Part shown: piece after piece, positions 48,665-57,823 of the stretch
Position numbering within the stretch: position 1 is the first letter of the stretch
Layout of the letters: each line of letters opens with the position of its first letter
DNA from: an uncultured Thioalkalispiraceae bacterium
GTDB lineage: Bacteria > Pseudomonadota > Gammaproteobacteria > UBA6429 > Thiohalophilaceae
Assembly: GCA_964605385.1 (NCBI GenBank)
Contig: CAZSCK010000002.1
Location: 10,420 to 74,419 of the forward strand
Length of the DNA: 64,000 nt
Reading direction: 5' to 3'
Program-made: the position numbers and the translations under genes
The notes under the pieces: model-generated
Told to the model about the DNA's origin: nothing
What the model saw: only the letters and a program-made list of their open reading frames with translations
Database searches by the model: none

Positions 48665-49407
48665 AAATAGATTTCTTAACAATTTTCGGTTTAATTATAG
48701 GTATCTCCGCTATTTTAGTTGGGCAATACCTGGAAGGTGGAGTGCTATCTACTTTAGTAAATGGTCCTGCAGCGTTAATTGTTGTTGGTGGCACATTAGG
48801 TGCAGTTATGTTGCAGTCACCGATGATGGTTTTTGCAAGAGCAATAAAAATGTTGTGGTGGACAATTAGTATACCGCAATTTGATAGTGAAGCAGCTATA
48901 CGAAAAATAATTAACTGGAGTAATATCGCACGACGTGAAGGTTTATTAGGTTTAGAAAATCTTGAAGAATCTGAAACAGATCTTTTTGCAAAAAAAGGGT
49001 TGCAATTACTTATTGATGGTAGTGAGCCTGAAGCAATACGTACCATTATGGAAGTTGATATACATACTCGTGAAAGTTTTGATCTTCATGCTGCGCGTGT
49101 TTTTGAAAGCATGGGTGGCTATAGTCCTACCATTGGTATCATTGGTGCAGTTTTAGGTTTGATTCAGGTAATGGGGAATCTATCTGATCCAAGTAAGCTT
49201 GGTGGTGGCATCGCTGTCGCTTTTGTTGCAACCATCTATGGTGTTGCTTTAGCTAACCTTATTTTATTACCTGTAGCCAATAAATTAAAAAGTATTGTTG
49301 TTAGTTCTGCCCATTTTAATGAAATGATAGTTGAAGGATTGGTTTCAATTGCTGAAGGTGAAAACCCACGAAATATTGAAACTAAACTTTTAGGATTCTT
49401 GCGCTGA
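48661..49407 (+). CDS. motC: Second-stator MotA-family protein (MotC/PomA-like)
   Basis: 248 aa, 4 TM. MotA/TolQ/ExbB channel motif region (GGYSPTIGIIGAVLGLIQ...AFVATIYGVALANL). ATGA overlap with cheB. Confidence 0.85.
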   Translation: MKIDFLTIFGLIIGISAILVGQYLEGGVLSTLVNGPAALIVVGGTLGAVMLQSPMMVFARAIKMLWWTISIPQFDSEAAIRKIINWSNIARREGLLGLENLEESETDLFAKKGLQLLIDGSEPEAIRTIMEVDIHTRESFDLHAARVFESMGGYSPTIGIIGAVLGLIQVMGNLSDPSKLGGGIAVAFVATIYGVALANLILLPVANKLKSIVVSSAHFNEMIVEGLVSIAEGENPRNIETKLLGFLR

Positions 49408-49426
49408 TTATTATCAGGTATGAATT

Positions 49427-50275
49427 ATGAGAAAAAGAAAGCCCATTCCTCTTGAATCAGATAATACCGATCGCTGGATGGTGTCATACGCTGATTTTGT
49501 GACACTTTTATTTGCTTTTTTTGTTGTTATGTATGCAATGTCTTCTGTTAATGAAGGTAAGTATCGAGTACTTACAGATACCATGACAGAAGCATTTAAA
49601 GTTGCGCCTAAGTCGCCAGACCCGATACAAATTGGTAAAGAAAATAAAGTTGTCAGTAGCTCTAAACCTTCTATCGAAGTTATTAAACCTATAAAAATTT
49701 TATCAAAATCACAACGCACCTATGAACGTGAGATGAAGCAAATTGCTGAAACGGTCAGTAAATCTGTGCAACCTCTTATTGAACAGGGTTTAATAAAAGT
49801 AACACAGAATAAACTCTGGGTCGAAATTGAAATGAACAGCAAGATTTTATTTTCCAGTGCTGATTCTGAATTAGAAGAAGAAGCATTCCCTGCATTAAGA
49901 GCGTTGGCAGGTGTATTAAAAAAACTACCTAATTCAATTGATGTTGAAGGGCACACAGATAATCTTCCGATTAATAATGAATTGTTTCCATCTAACTGGG
50001 AGCTATCTGCGGCACGGGCTGCAAGTGTCGTTCATCTGTTTACGCGTTATGGGGTTAACCCCCGGCGTTTATCATCTATTGGTTATGCGGAATTTCGTCC
50101 TGTTGCAAGTAATTCAACTGCAGAAGGACGAGTACGTAATCGTCGGGTAAAAGTAGTGATCCTGGCAGACAAAAATGCACGCCGTATAGTAGAAATTGAT
50201 CGAGATATAGGCCAAGCTGAAAGAGAAGGTGTATCATCAATCAATGAAAAAGTGAGTACGGAAGGTGCTTTGTGA
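49427..50275 (+). CDS. motD: Second-stator MotB-family protein (MotD/PomB-like)
   Basis: TM with conserved Asp MVSYADFVTLLFAFFVVMY. OmpA-like NWELSAARAASV...RNRRV. Confidence 0.85.
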   Translation: MRKRKPIPLESDNTDRWMVSYADFVTLLFAFFVVMYAMSSVNEGKYRVLTDTMTEAFKVAPKSPDPIQIGKENKVVSSSKPSIEVIKPIKILSKSQRTYEREMKQIAETVSKSVQPLIEQGLIKVTQNKLWVEIEMNSKILFSSADSELEEEAFPALRALAGVLKKLPNSIDVEGHTDNLPINNELFPSNWELSAARAASVVHLFTRYGVNPRRLSSIGYAEFRPVASNSTAEGRVRNRRVKVVILADKNARRIVEIDRDIGQAEREGVSSINEKVSTEGAL

Positions 50276-51069
50276 AAATATGGGCAGTCGCCAACCAAAA
50301 AGGTGGGGTGGGTAAAACAACCACCGCGGTATCACTTGCAGGCCATTTGGTCACACAAGGCTCACGCGTATTGCTGGTAGATATGGATCCGCAAGGTTCA
50401 ATGACCTCTTATTTTGGTTTTGATCCAGATGATATGCCAAAAAGTATATATTCGTTATTTCAATTTAATGAATTTTCCTACCAAAATGTTTCTTCTGTTT
50501 TAACCAAAACAAAAGTCGAAAGGTTAATACTTCTTCCTGCAACAACAGCTTTGGCAACTCTGGATCGGCAGTTAGGAACAAAAGAAGGGATGGGGCTTGT
50601 ACTAAAAAAATCATTAATTACATTAGAACAACATTTTGATTATGTTTTGATCGATTGTTTACCCATGTTAGGAATTTTAATGGTAAATGCATTAGCCGCA
50701 TGCGATCGTTTATTGTTACCTGTACAAACAGAGTTTTTAGCTTTGAAAGGTTTAGATAGAATGATGCACACCCTGGATATGATTACAAAATCAAGAAAAA
50801 CACCCTTGCCATCAACAATAGTACCAACAATGTTTGATCGTCGTACTCGTGCATCATTAGATAGTCTACGTGCATTAAGAGAAAAATATGCTGATAAAGT
50901 ATGGGGTGAAGTGATCCCTGTGGATACCCAGTTTCGCGAAGCCAGTCATCGAGGACTTCCTATATCAATGATGAATAAATCAACACGCGGCTCAAAGGCT
51001 TATGAAGCATTGTTGGCGTATTTACTTAATTCTCAACAAGAACGACATCTAAAACTGGTAACCTCCTAA
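50272..51069 (+). CDS. ParA/Soj-family ATPase of the chemotaxis cluster (Vibrio ParC-type array partitioning ATPase candidate)
   Basis: GTG start overlapping the motD stop. Deviant Walker A ANQKGGVGKTTT. 265 aa. Conserved position before the cheW-like gene. Confidence 0.85.
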   Translation: MKIWAVANQKGGVGKTTTAVSLAGHLVTQGSRVLLVDMDPQGSMTSYFGFDPDDMPKSIYSLFQFNEFSYQNVSSVLTKTKVERLILLPATTALATLDRQLGTKEGMGLVLKKSLITLEQHFDYVLIDCLPMLGILMVNALAACDRLLLPVQTEFLALKGLDRMMHTLDMITKSRKTPLPSTIVPTMFDRRTRASLDSLRALREKYADKVWGEVIPVDTQFREASHRGLPISMMNKSTRGSKAYEALLAYLLNSQQERHLKLVTS

Positions 51070-51070
51070 T

Positions 51071-51778
51071 ATGTCATCTAACTCCAATACTCTTGTTGAT
51101 GAGAAACTTGCGGTTTCTTTATTTCTGGACTCACTTTTACGTGAAACGGAAGATGTTCCCGAGCTGGATAAATCAGTCGTTAAAGCTTCTGCTCCTGTAG
51201 TTGAAGTTAAAGTGGATGCACCAATAACGATATCTCCAATCGTTGAACCGGTAGTTGAAACGAAAGTTGAAATTCAGGAAGAAATATCTAATAGCTCGTC
51301 TATTCCGGAATGGGCGAGAGATCCCTTTCAAATCTTATTGTTTGAAGTTGCAGGCTTGAAACTGGCAGTACCTCTTATCGAACTATCCGGGGTAATTGAA
51401 TGGAAAGAAACGGTAACTGAAATGCCCGGAAGTGCCGATTTTTACATGGGAATATTGCAACATTTAGACTATAAGATTGCTGTTATTGATACAGCAAAAA
51501 TGGTTTTACCAAAAACTAAGCAATCACAACTTGTTGGTGATGATCCCCGAGAGCGGGTAAAGCATATTGTGCTGATTGATGATTATCGTTGGGGTCTTGC
51601 TTGCGATAAAATTGGCGAAGTCATTACTTTAGAGCCAGAAGAAGTGCGTTGGCGTACCTCAAAGACAAAACGTGCATGGTTAGCCGGAACAGTCATTGAC
51701 CATATGTGTGCATTATTAAACAGTGAAGGTTTTTCGGCCATGCTTGAAAAAGGGCAATCAGCAGAAGATTTGGCATAG
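51071..51778 (+). CDS. CheW-like-domain protein (ParP-type candidate)
   Basis: N-terminal low-complexity region (V/E/P-rich), then a CheW-like domain (FQILLFEVAGLKLAVPLIELSGV...). Confidence 0.65.
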   Translation: MSSNSNTLVDEKLAVSLFLDSLLRETEDVPELDKSVVKASAPVVEVKVDAPITISPIVEPVVETKVEIQEEISNSSSIPEWARDPFQILLFEVAGLKLAVPLIELSGVIEWKETVTEMPGSADFYMGILQHLDYKIAVIDTAKMVLPKTKQSQLVGDDPRERVKHIVLIDDYRWGLACDKIGEVITLEPEEVRWRTSKTKRAWLAGTVIDHMCALLNSEGFSAMLEKGQSAEDLA

Positions 51779-51865
51779 TAAATGCACTAATATTAAGTAG
51801 GGTCGCTATACGCCAGAAAAATGGCACCATGACGTATTAAACCTGTGGAAATAGGAGAGTAATAA

Positions 51866-52342
51866 ATGAATGATGTGGTTGAAGAAAAAGATGATTCAAT
51901 TATCCAATGGGTAACCTTTCATCTTGAAAATGAAAAATACGGCATCAAAGTTATGCAAGTTCAGGAAGTGTTGCGAATGACGGAAATCGCTCCTGTTCCT
52001 GGTGCACCACATTATGTATTGGGTATTATTAATTTACGTGGCAATGTTGTTACTGTCATAGATACCCGCCGACGTTTTGGATTGCCTGAAATAGAAAATG
52101 ATGATGAAACAAGAATTGTTATAGTAGAAGCAAATAATAATGTTGTTGGTATTTTAGTTGATAGTGTTGCAGAAGTTGTTGATTTAAAAGAATCTGAAAT
52201 TGAAACTGCACCTAATGTTGGCAATGATGAAAGCTCAAAATATATTCAAGGTGTATCAAGCCGTGAAAATGAATTATTGATATTAGTTGATGTAAATAAA
52301 TTACTTTCCGAAGAGGAATGGCAGGATGTTGCTTCGTTGTAA
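51866..52342 (+). CDS. cheW: Chemotaxis coupling protein CheW
   Basis: 158 aa. QWVTFHLENEKYGIKVMQVQEVLRMTEIAPVPGAPHYVLGIINLRGNVV is typical of CheW. Confidence 0.9.
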   Translation: MNDVVEEKDDSIIQWVTFHLENEKYGIKVMQVQEVLRMTEIAPVPGAPHYVLGIINLRGNVVTVIDTRRRFGLPEIENDDETRIVIVEANNNVVGILVDSVAEVVDLKESEIETAPNVGNDESSKYIQGVSSRENELLILVDVNKLLSEEEWQDVASL

Positions 52343-52372
52343 CTGAAGCAATGCGATTGCCATTAAAGGAAA

Positions 52373-52555
52373 ATGGTTGATATAGGAACATCTGATAAAA
52401 TTACAAATTTATGGCCAGCCCCTCCAAGCCGGCCAATAGAAAAGTCTGCTCACAAAAACAAATCAACAAAAGATCAGCAACATTCTAAAAAACATAAAAA
52501 TGAAAGTGAAGTAACAAAAGAAGGACCTGGAAAAAATATTGACGAATATGCCTGA
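52373..52555 (+). CDS. Hypothetical small basic protein (60 aa)
   Basis: Open frame with a plausible RBS (aaagga). K/H/S-rich, with no recognisable motif. Confidence 0.3.
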   Translation: MVDIGTSDKITNLWPAPPSRPIEKSAHKNKSTKDQQHSKKHKNESEVTKEGPGKNIDEYA

Positions 52556-52600
52556 CAACTTGTTACTCAAAAATAAACTTTAATTATAGCGAGAAAGCTC

Positions 52601-53050
52601 ATGGAACAACTTACTCAATTCTTCAATATTTTAACAATTACTGAATGGTTAATGATTTCCGTTGTTGTTGTACTAGTAATGAGTTTATTTGCTTTTAAGC
52701 ACCAAAGAATACAACAACAAAATCAGTTGCTATCTATGCAATCGCTACAGCGTGATTTACGTGCATTAGCAAATGCAGCGGTAGGGGTAGGTGGACGAGT
52801 TTTAGAAATAGAACGTCATCAACGTAAACGTCCTGTTGTTGTTCCCACACAAGAACAACAACCAGCAGTCTATAACACTGCTGATGCAACTCCTGTTGAA
52901 TACTATAACTCATCAAGTCAGCCATATGAGCAAGCTATTCGTATGGCACAAACTGGTGCAAGCACTGAAGACATTGTAAATGTTTGTGGGTTAAGTGAAT
53001 CAGAAGCAGAGTTGGTGAGTATGATGCATCGATTAGATAAAGCATCATAA
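52601..53050 (+). CDS. DUF2802-like membrane-anchored protein of the chemotaxis/flagellar cluster
   Basis: N-terminal TM (WLMISVVVVLVMSLFAF). C-terminal HTH-like block YEQAIRMAQTGASTEDIVNVCGLSESEAELVSMMHRL. Confidence 0.6.
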   Translation: MEQLTQFFNILTITEWLMISVVVVLVMSLFAFKHQRIQQQNQLLSMQSLQRDLRALANAAVGVGGRVLEIERHQRKRPVVVPTQEQQPAVYNTADATPVEYYNSSSQPYEQAIRMAQTGASTEDIVNVCGLSESEAELVSMMHRLDKAS

Positions 53051-53074
53051 AAAAATACTGATTTTTTACTCATT

Positions 53075-53114
53075 AAAAAAGCCCCGTAACTTAATTGCTA
53101 CGGGGCTTTTTTTT
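53075..53114. terminator. Bidirectional rho-independent terminator (DUF2802 gene / rne)
   Basis: A6, then an 8-bp GC-rich stem gccccgta (53081..53088) / tacggggc (53099..53106) with a 10-nt loop, then T8. Confidence 0.8.
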
Positions 53115-53137
53115 AACTATTGCAGAGTTTTTTTTAT

Positions 53138-55519
53138 TTAGTCATCTGCTTTAGTGAATACCTGTTGTAAGTCAGCTTTGTTTGCAGCAGATGCTGGAGT
53201 TGTTGGTACAACTTCCTTAGGCGCCTCTTTAACTACCTGAGGTTTTACTGCTTCAACTTTTTGTTCTGCTGGTTTTTTCTCAACAGATTTTGTGACAACC
53301 TGCGTTAGTGCAGGTTTTTTAGCTTTAGTTTGTTGTACTTGTGGTTTTGGTGTTTCATGAAACACGGGTGTTTCAAATTTTACTTCAGCAGGTTTTGCCG
53401 CAACTGCATTATTTTGTTGTGGTGCTGCAGCTACTGGAGCAGGCTTGCTTTCTGCTACGGCTTCGTTAGCTTGAGGCTTTGCTGGAGATGCTGTTACATT
53501 TTCATTAGTACTTTGCTGTTCTGCCTTTGCGTTCTCGTTTTGATTGCGACCACCACCACTACGACGACGACCACCACGTTTACCACGACGACTTTGTGGC
53601 TGGCTGTCTTGAGGTTTATTTTGTTGTTTATCTTTATCTTTAGTTTTAGCCTTTACATCACGATTATCGTGAGCTTCTGCAGATTTGTTAGCTTGTTGTT
53701 GCTTTTGCTTATTGTCAGACTGCTTATTACGTTGTTGTGAATTTCCTGGACGACGGTTTTGCTGTCCACTGCGACGATTGCTGCGTCCGGTGTTACGACG
53801 TTGGCCTTTATTAGCAGGCTTGGTTACTTTTGGTTTGCTTGTTCCAAACAGCAAACCCCATATACGAACTAAAATATTAGGTTGGCTTTGTTTTACAGTA
53901 GGGCGAGGTGTTGCCGGTACAACTGACTTAACAACTGGCTCTTCCTTAGTCACTTTCCGTGTTTCAGGTGTTACTATGTTTTCTAATATTTTATCTGTTG
54001 AGGTATCAATTAAGTTATAACTACTCTGTGATGCATCTTCAGATGTTTCATCATCACGAATACGTTGTACAGTATAATGCGGTGTTTCCATATCACGGTT
54101 TGGAATCATTAATACTTTAATATTTTGACGTTTTTCAATATCAAATAAAATCTCACGCTTTTCATTCAGTAAGAAAGCCGCAACATCAACCGGAACCTGG
54201 GCAATAATACGTGCAGTCTTTTCTTTCATGGATTCTTCTTCAACAATACGAAGAATAGAAAGGGCACTGGACTCAATACCGCGAATAGTACCTTGACCAC
54301 TACAACGTGGACAAACTAATTGACTGGACTCACCTAATGATGAACGTAAACGTTGGCGTGACATTTCAAGTAAACCAAAACGAGAAATACGACCGACTTG
54401 AACACGAGCACGATCAACTTTTAAAGCATCGCGCATTCGGTTTTCAACTGCACGTTGGTTTTTAGCAGGCGACATATCGATGAAATCAATAACAACCAAA
54501 CCACCTAAATCACGTAGTCTTAATTGGCGTGCAATTTCATCAGCCGCTTCAAGATTAGTATTTAAAGCTGTTTCTTCTATATCGCCACCTTTAGTGGCAC
54601 GAGCAGAGTTAATATCAATTGATATCAATGCTTCAGTATGATCAATAACCAGTGCGCCACCTGAAGGCAATCGTACTTCACGCTGGAAGGCAGATTCTAT
54701 TTGCGTTTCAATTTGATAACGAGTGAAAAGGGGAACCGGATCATCATAAAGCTTAACTTTATGTAGGTTGTTCGGCATAACCTGCTCCATGAACTGACGT
54801 GCTTGTTCATAGATAGTTGGCTCATCAATAATCACTTCATTAATATCATTGCGGAAGTAATCACGAATAGTTCGCGTAATCAAACTGCTTTCTTGATAAA
54901 TCAAAAATGGAGCAGAGCGATCTTTAGATGCGCTATCAATAGAATTCCAAAGATTCATTAAATAATCTAAATCCCATTGTAGTTCTTCAACACTCTTACC
55001 TATGCCGGCAGTACGAATAATCAAACCCATATCAGCAGGAATTTCGAGAGAGGATAAAGCATCACGTGCTTCGCTGCGCGCTTCACCTTCAATGCGGCGT
55101 GAAACACCACCTGCACGAGGGTTGTTTGGCATGAGTACTGAGTAACGACCAGCGAGACTAATGAAAGTAGTGAGTGCAGCACCTTTGTTGCCACGCTCTT
55201 CCTTAGCAACCTGAATAACAATTTCCTGACCTTCGCGAACAACTTCTTTAATGTTAACGCGACCAGAAATATCGACACCTTCTTTAAAGTAGATGCGTGA
55301 AATTTCCTTGAGAGGTAAGAAACCATGGCGTTCAGAACCATAATCTACGAAGGCAGCTTCGAGACTGGCTTCAACCCGGGTAATTTTAGCTTTGTAGATA
55401 TTGGATTTTTTAGTTTCGCGAATCGCGGTTTCAATATCCAGATCATATAAACGTTGGCCATCAACCAACGCTACACGCAACTCTTCAGACTGAGTTGCAT
55501 TAAATAGCATTCTCTTCAT
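53138..55519 (-). CDS. rne: Ribonuclease E
   Basis: S1 domain [22 protein letters not shown]. DNase-I-like/catalytic region (IDINSARAT). Zn-link [12 protein letters not shown]-rich C-terminal scaffold with an amphipathic [12 protein letters not shown] segment. 793 aa. Confidence 0.93.
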   Translation of the reverse strand: MKRMLFNATQSEELRVALVDGQRLYDLDIETAIRETKKSNIYKAKITRVEASLEAAFVDYGSERHGFLPLKEISRIYFKEGVDISGRVNIKEVVREGQEIVIQVAKEERGNKGAALTTFISLAGRYSVLMPNNPRAGGVSRRIEGEARSEARDALSSLEIPADMGLIIRTAGIGKSVEELQWDLDYLMNLWNSIDSASKDRSAPFLIYQESSLITRTIRDYFRNDINEVIIDEPTIYEQARQFMEQVMPNNLHKVKLYDDPVPLFTRYQIETQIESAFQREVRLPSGGALVIDHTEALISIDINSARATKGGDIEETALNTNLEAADEIARQLRLRDLGGLVVIDFIDMSPAKNQRAVENRMRDALKVDRARVQVGRISRFGLLEMSRQRLRSSLGESSQLVCPRCSGQGTIRGIESSALSILRIVEEESMKEKTARIIAQVPVDVAAFLLNEKREILFDIEKRQNIKVLMIPNRDMETPHYTVQRIRDDETSEDASQSSYNLIDTSTDKILENIVTPETRKVTKEEPVVKSVVPATPRPTVKQSQPNILVRIWGLLFGTSKPKVTKPANKGQRRNTGRSNRRSGQQNRRPGNSQQRNKQSDNKQKQQQANKSAEAHDNRDVKAKTKDKDKQQNKPQDSQPQSRRGKRGGRRRSGGGRNQNENAKAEQQSTNENVTASPAKPQANEAVAESKPAPVAAAPQQNNAVAAKPAEVKFETPVFHETPKPQVQQTKAKKPALTQVVTKSVEKKPAEQKVEAVKPQVVKEAPKEVVPTTPASAANKADLQQVFTKADD

Positions 55520-55860
55520 TTTTAAACCTTTACCTGGCGCTCAAACCACCGGGTGAGTCGGCATAGCCGATCAGTTGGACTGTATGTTAATTAAAACCTG
55601 CTGCTGAAAAACTTCAGCTTAAAAATATTCCCGAAGGAATCGCCCGATTTTAATTTACTTTCAGTCTCCACCGGCCTGTTTCGATTCTGGCCGTGGGAGC
55701 GCAGTTAATTTTTTATATACTCCAGCAAACATCATTATGTCTAGGTTGCGGAGCTCTTGCTTCTATCAACATCCGAATTTTCGTATGTTGCTAAACTCTA
55801 GTGAGTGTCGTTAAATCTGCTGTTTTCACAACCTTAAAAACGGGGGCAGTGATGTGCAGA
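55520..55860 (-). promoter_or_regulatory. Long structured rne 5' leader / divergent rne-rluC promoter region
   Basis: 449-nt non-coding spacer between divergent rne and rluC. Several stems, including attcc-UUCG-ggaat on the rne strand (55627..55640), gctgaa/ttcagc (55593..55608) and an imperfect ~10-bp stem at 55666..55699. E. coli rne is autoregulated through a long 5' UTR. Confidence 0.4.
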
Positions 55861-55968
55861 CCGGAAAAATTTTGTGTGTAATTCCAAACACTTGTAGCCA
55901 ATATACCAGTGTTAGCTTGAAGCATCAATGCTTGTTTCATAAGGCTTTAATGCTGTTACAATGCGCAA

Positions 55969-56958
55969 ATGCCGTCAAAAGAAGAATTTCAGCCATCCAC
56001 CACACCCTCCCCAAAAGTCCAATTTGTCGAGATAAGCGCCGATCATGCAGGTCAGCGTATTGATAATTACCTAATGCGGCAGTTAAATGGGGTTCCAAAG
56101 AGCCTTGTTTACCGAATTGTACGAAAAGGTGAGGTCAGGGTGAACAAAGGCCGTATTAAGCCCGAATATCGTCTCAAAGAGGGGGATATGGTACGTATTC
56201 CACCTGTACGCCAAGCCGAGAAAAAAGCACCAGGAAAAGCTTCAGACAAGGTTTTACAGCAGATTGAGTCCAGTATTTTATTCGAAGATAAGCGTATTTT
56301 GGTTATAAATAAACCTTCAGGGCTTGCTGTACATGGGGGGAGTGGACTCAGTTATGGGCTTATTGAAGCACTACGCGAACTGCGCCCGAATGATAAAAAC
56401 CTTGAGTTGGTACACCGATTAGATCGGGATACTTCAGGCTGCCTTATTATTGCCAAAAAACGCAGTGCTTTAAGACGTTTACATGAGCAACTGCGTGAAG
56501 GCAGCATGGATAAACGTTATTTAACCTTGTTAAAAGGAAAATGGAAGGGAACGGGTAAGTGGGTTGATGTGCCTTTGCTAAAAAATGTCATTAAATCAGG
56601 CGAACGTCTCGTTTTTGTCGATCCAAAAGGCAAAAATGCACGCACTCAATTCAGTCCGTATTCTGTAGCTGATGAAGCCAGCTTAATGAGTGTGAAACTC
56701 GATACTGGCCGCACCCATCAAATTCGTGTGCATGCACAACATCTTGGCTACCCAATAGTGGGTGATGATAAATACGGTGATGATGAATTTAACCGGCAAA
56801 TGAAAAGCAAAGGATTGAAGCGTTTGTTTTTACATGCCTTTTCATTAAAGTTTCACTTACCCGATGTTGAAACGGGTGAAGATGTCCCTATCTATGTAGA
56901 AGCTCCACTCGATGAAGTCTTGGTTAATGTTTTAAATAAGTTGAATATAGAATTATGA
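55969..56958 (+). CDS. rluC: 23S rRNA pseudouridine synthase RluC
   Basis: Collinear with E. coli RluC: S4 domain AGQRIDNYLMRQL...RKGEVRVNKGRIKPEYRLKEGD, catalytic HRLDRDTSG. Confidence 0.88.
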   Translation: MPSKEEFQPSTTPSPKVQFVEISADHAGQRIDNYLMRQLNGVPKSLVYRIVRKGEVRVNKGRIKPEYRLKEGDMVRIPPVRQAEKKAPGKASDKVLQQIESSILFEDKRILVINKPSGLAVHGGSGLSYGLIEALRELRPNDKNLELVHRLDRDTSGCLIIAKKRSALRRLHEQLREGSMDKRYLTLLKGKWKGTGKWVDVPLLKNVIKSGERLVFVDPKGKNARTQFSPYSVADEASLMSVKLDTGRTHQIRVHAQHLGYPIVGDDKYGDDEFNRQMKSKGLKRLFLHAFSLKFHLPDVETGEDVPIYVEAPLDEVLVNVLNKLNIEL

Positions 56959-56971
56959 AAGCTGAATTATT

Positions 56972-57625
56972 ATGAATCATGAAGCTAAATTGATTGTTTT
57001 CGATTGGGATGGAACGCTTATGGATTCTGCCGATCATATTGTTAATTGTTTACAAAGTGCAATAACAGAATTGAGTCTGGAATCAAAGACTGATGATGAA
57101 TTAAAAAATATTATTGGACTCGGTCTGCGTGAAGCTTTGTTTGCTTTATATCCTCAAGCTACTGATGAAGAATTAACGGCTTTAGTTGATCGTTATCGCA
57201 AACATTTTTTTGACCAGAATACAGCCCCTAGTGAATTATTTACAGGTGCGCGTGAACTGGTTAAAGAGTTACAAACAAAAGATTACTTTTTAGCCGTGGC
57301 AACAGGCAAGGGACGTAATGGTCTGGATAAAGTTTTAAAAGAAACCGGCATGGGTGAATATTTCCCTATTACACGTTGCGCAGATGAATCACATTCAAAA
57401 CCACATCCACAAATGATGTTGGATATTATTGATTATTATGGTATCGAAGCAAATGAAGCAATTATGGTTGGTGATACCGAGTATGATTTACAAATGGCCA
57501 ATAATGCCGCTGCACATTCTGTTGCTGTAAGCTATGGTGTACATGAAAAAAAGCGCTTATTAGATTGCAAACCATTAACTTGTTTAGATAGTATTAACGA
57601 CTTGCATCAATGGCTTTTGAATTAG
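56972..57625 (+). CDS. HAD-superfamily hydrolase (phosphoglycolate phosphatase-like)
   Basis: Motif I IVFDWDGTLMDS, motif II ...VATGK..., motif IV VGDTEYD. Confidence 0.8.
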   Translation: MNHEAKLIVFDWDGTLMDSADHIVNCLQSAITELSLESKTDDELKNIIGLGLREALFALYPQATDEELTALVDRYRKHFFDQNTAPSELFTGARELVKELQTKDYFLAVATGKGRNGLDKVLKETGMGEYFPITRCADESHSKPHPQMMLDIIDYYGIEANEAIMVGDTEYDLQMANNAAAHSVAVSYGVHEKKRLLDCKPLTCLDSINDLHQWLLN

Positions 57626-57645
57626 TTTAAAGTAATGCTCGGTAA

Positions 57646-57750
57646 CTCCTGTCATTGCGAGCGAACAAAGTGACTGAAGCAATCTCCAGAAGATTGCCGC
57701 ATCAACACTAAATAAATATTTGTTTATCAGTGTTTCCTCGCAATAACGGG
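57646..57750. repeat. Nested palindromic intergenic element (outer stem plus two internal hairpins)
   Basis: Outer inverted repeat cct-gtcattgcgag (57648..57661) / ctcgcaataac-ggg (57737..57750), one mismatch. Inner hairpin gcaatct-ccaga-agattgc (57679..57697). Second inner hairpin aacact...agtgtt (57704..57734). Confidence 0.7.
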
Positions 57751-57823
57751 TTTCATTTGATTATGAGGGGATGTATTAGACACCGTATCATAATTATTAA
57801 AAATACATTAAGGAAAACTCATC

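Noticed and set aside
47542-49046. Minus-strand ORFs 47542..47907 (121 aa) and 48651..49046 (131 aa)
   Set aside because: Antisense to cheB and motC respectively. No motifs. Shadow ORFs.
51779-51865. tggcac motif in the spacer before cheW, considered as a possible sigma-54 -24 box
   Set aside because: The position 10 nt after the GG is TA, not GC, so it does not fit the -24/-12 geometry.
53330-53740. 136-aa plus-strand ORF with a poly-Thr run ([15 protein letters not shown]), and the neighbouring 111-aa ORF at 53685..54020
   Set aside because: They are antisense to the Arg/Gly/Gln-rich RNase E C-terminal region. The low-complexity mirror translation has no start context, and rne clearly occupies the locus.
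55854-56063. 69-aa plus-strand ORF overlapping the rluC start
   Set aside because: Out of frame with rluC, whose N-terminus aligns with E. coli RluC from 55969. Cys/Arg-rich nonsense composition.
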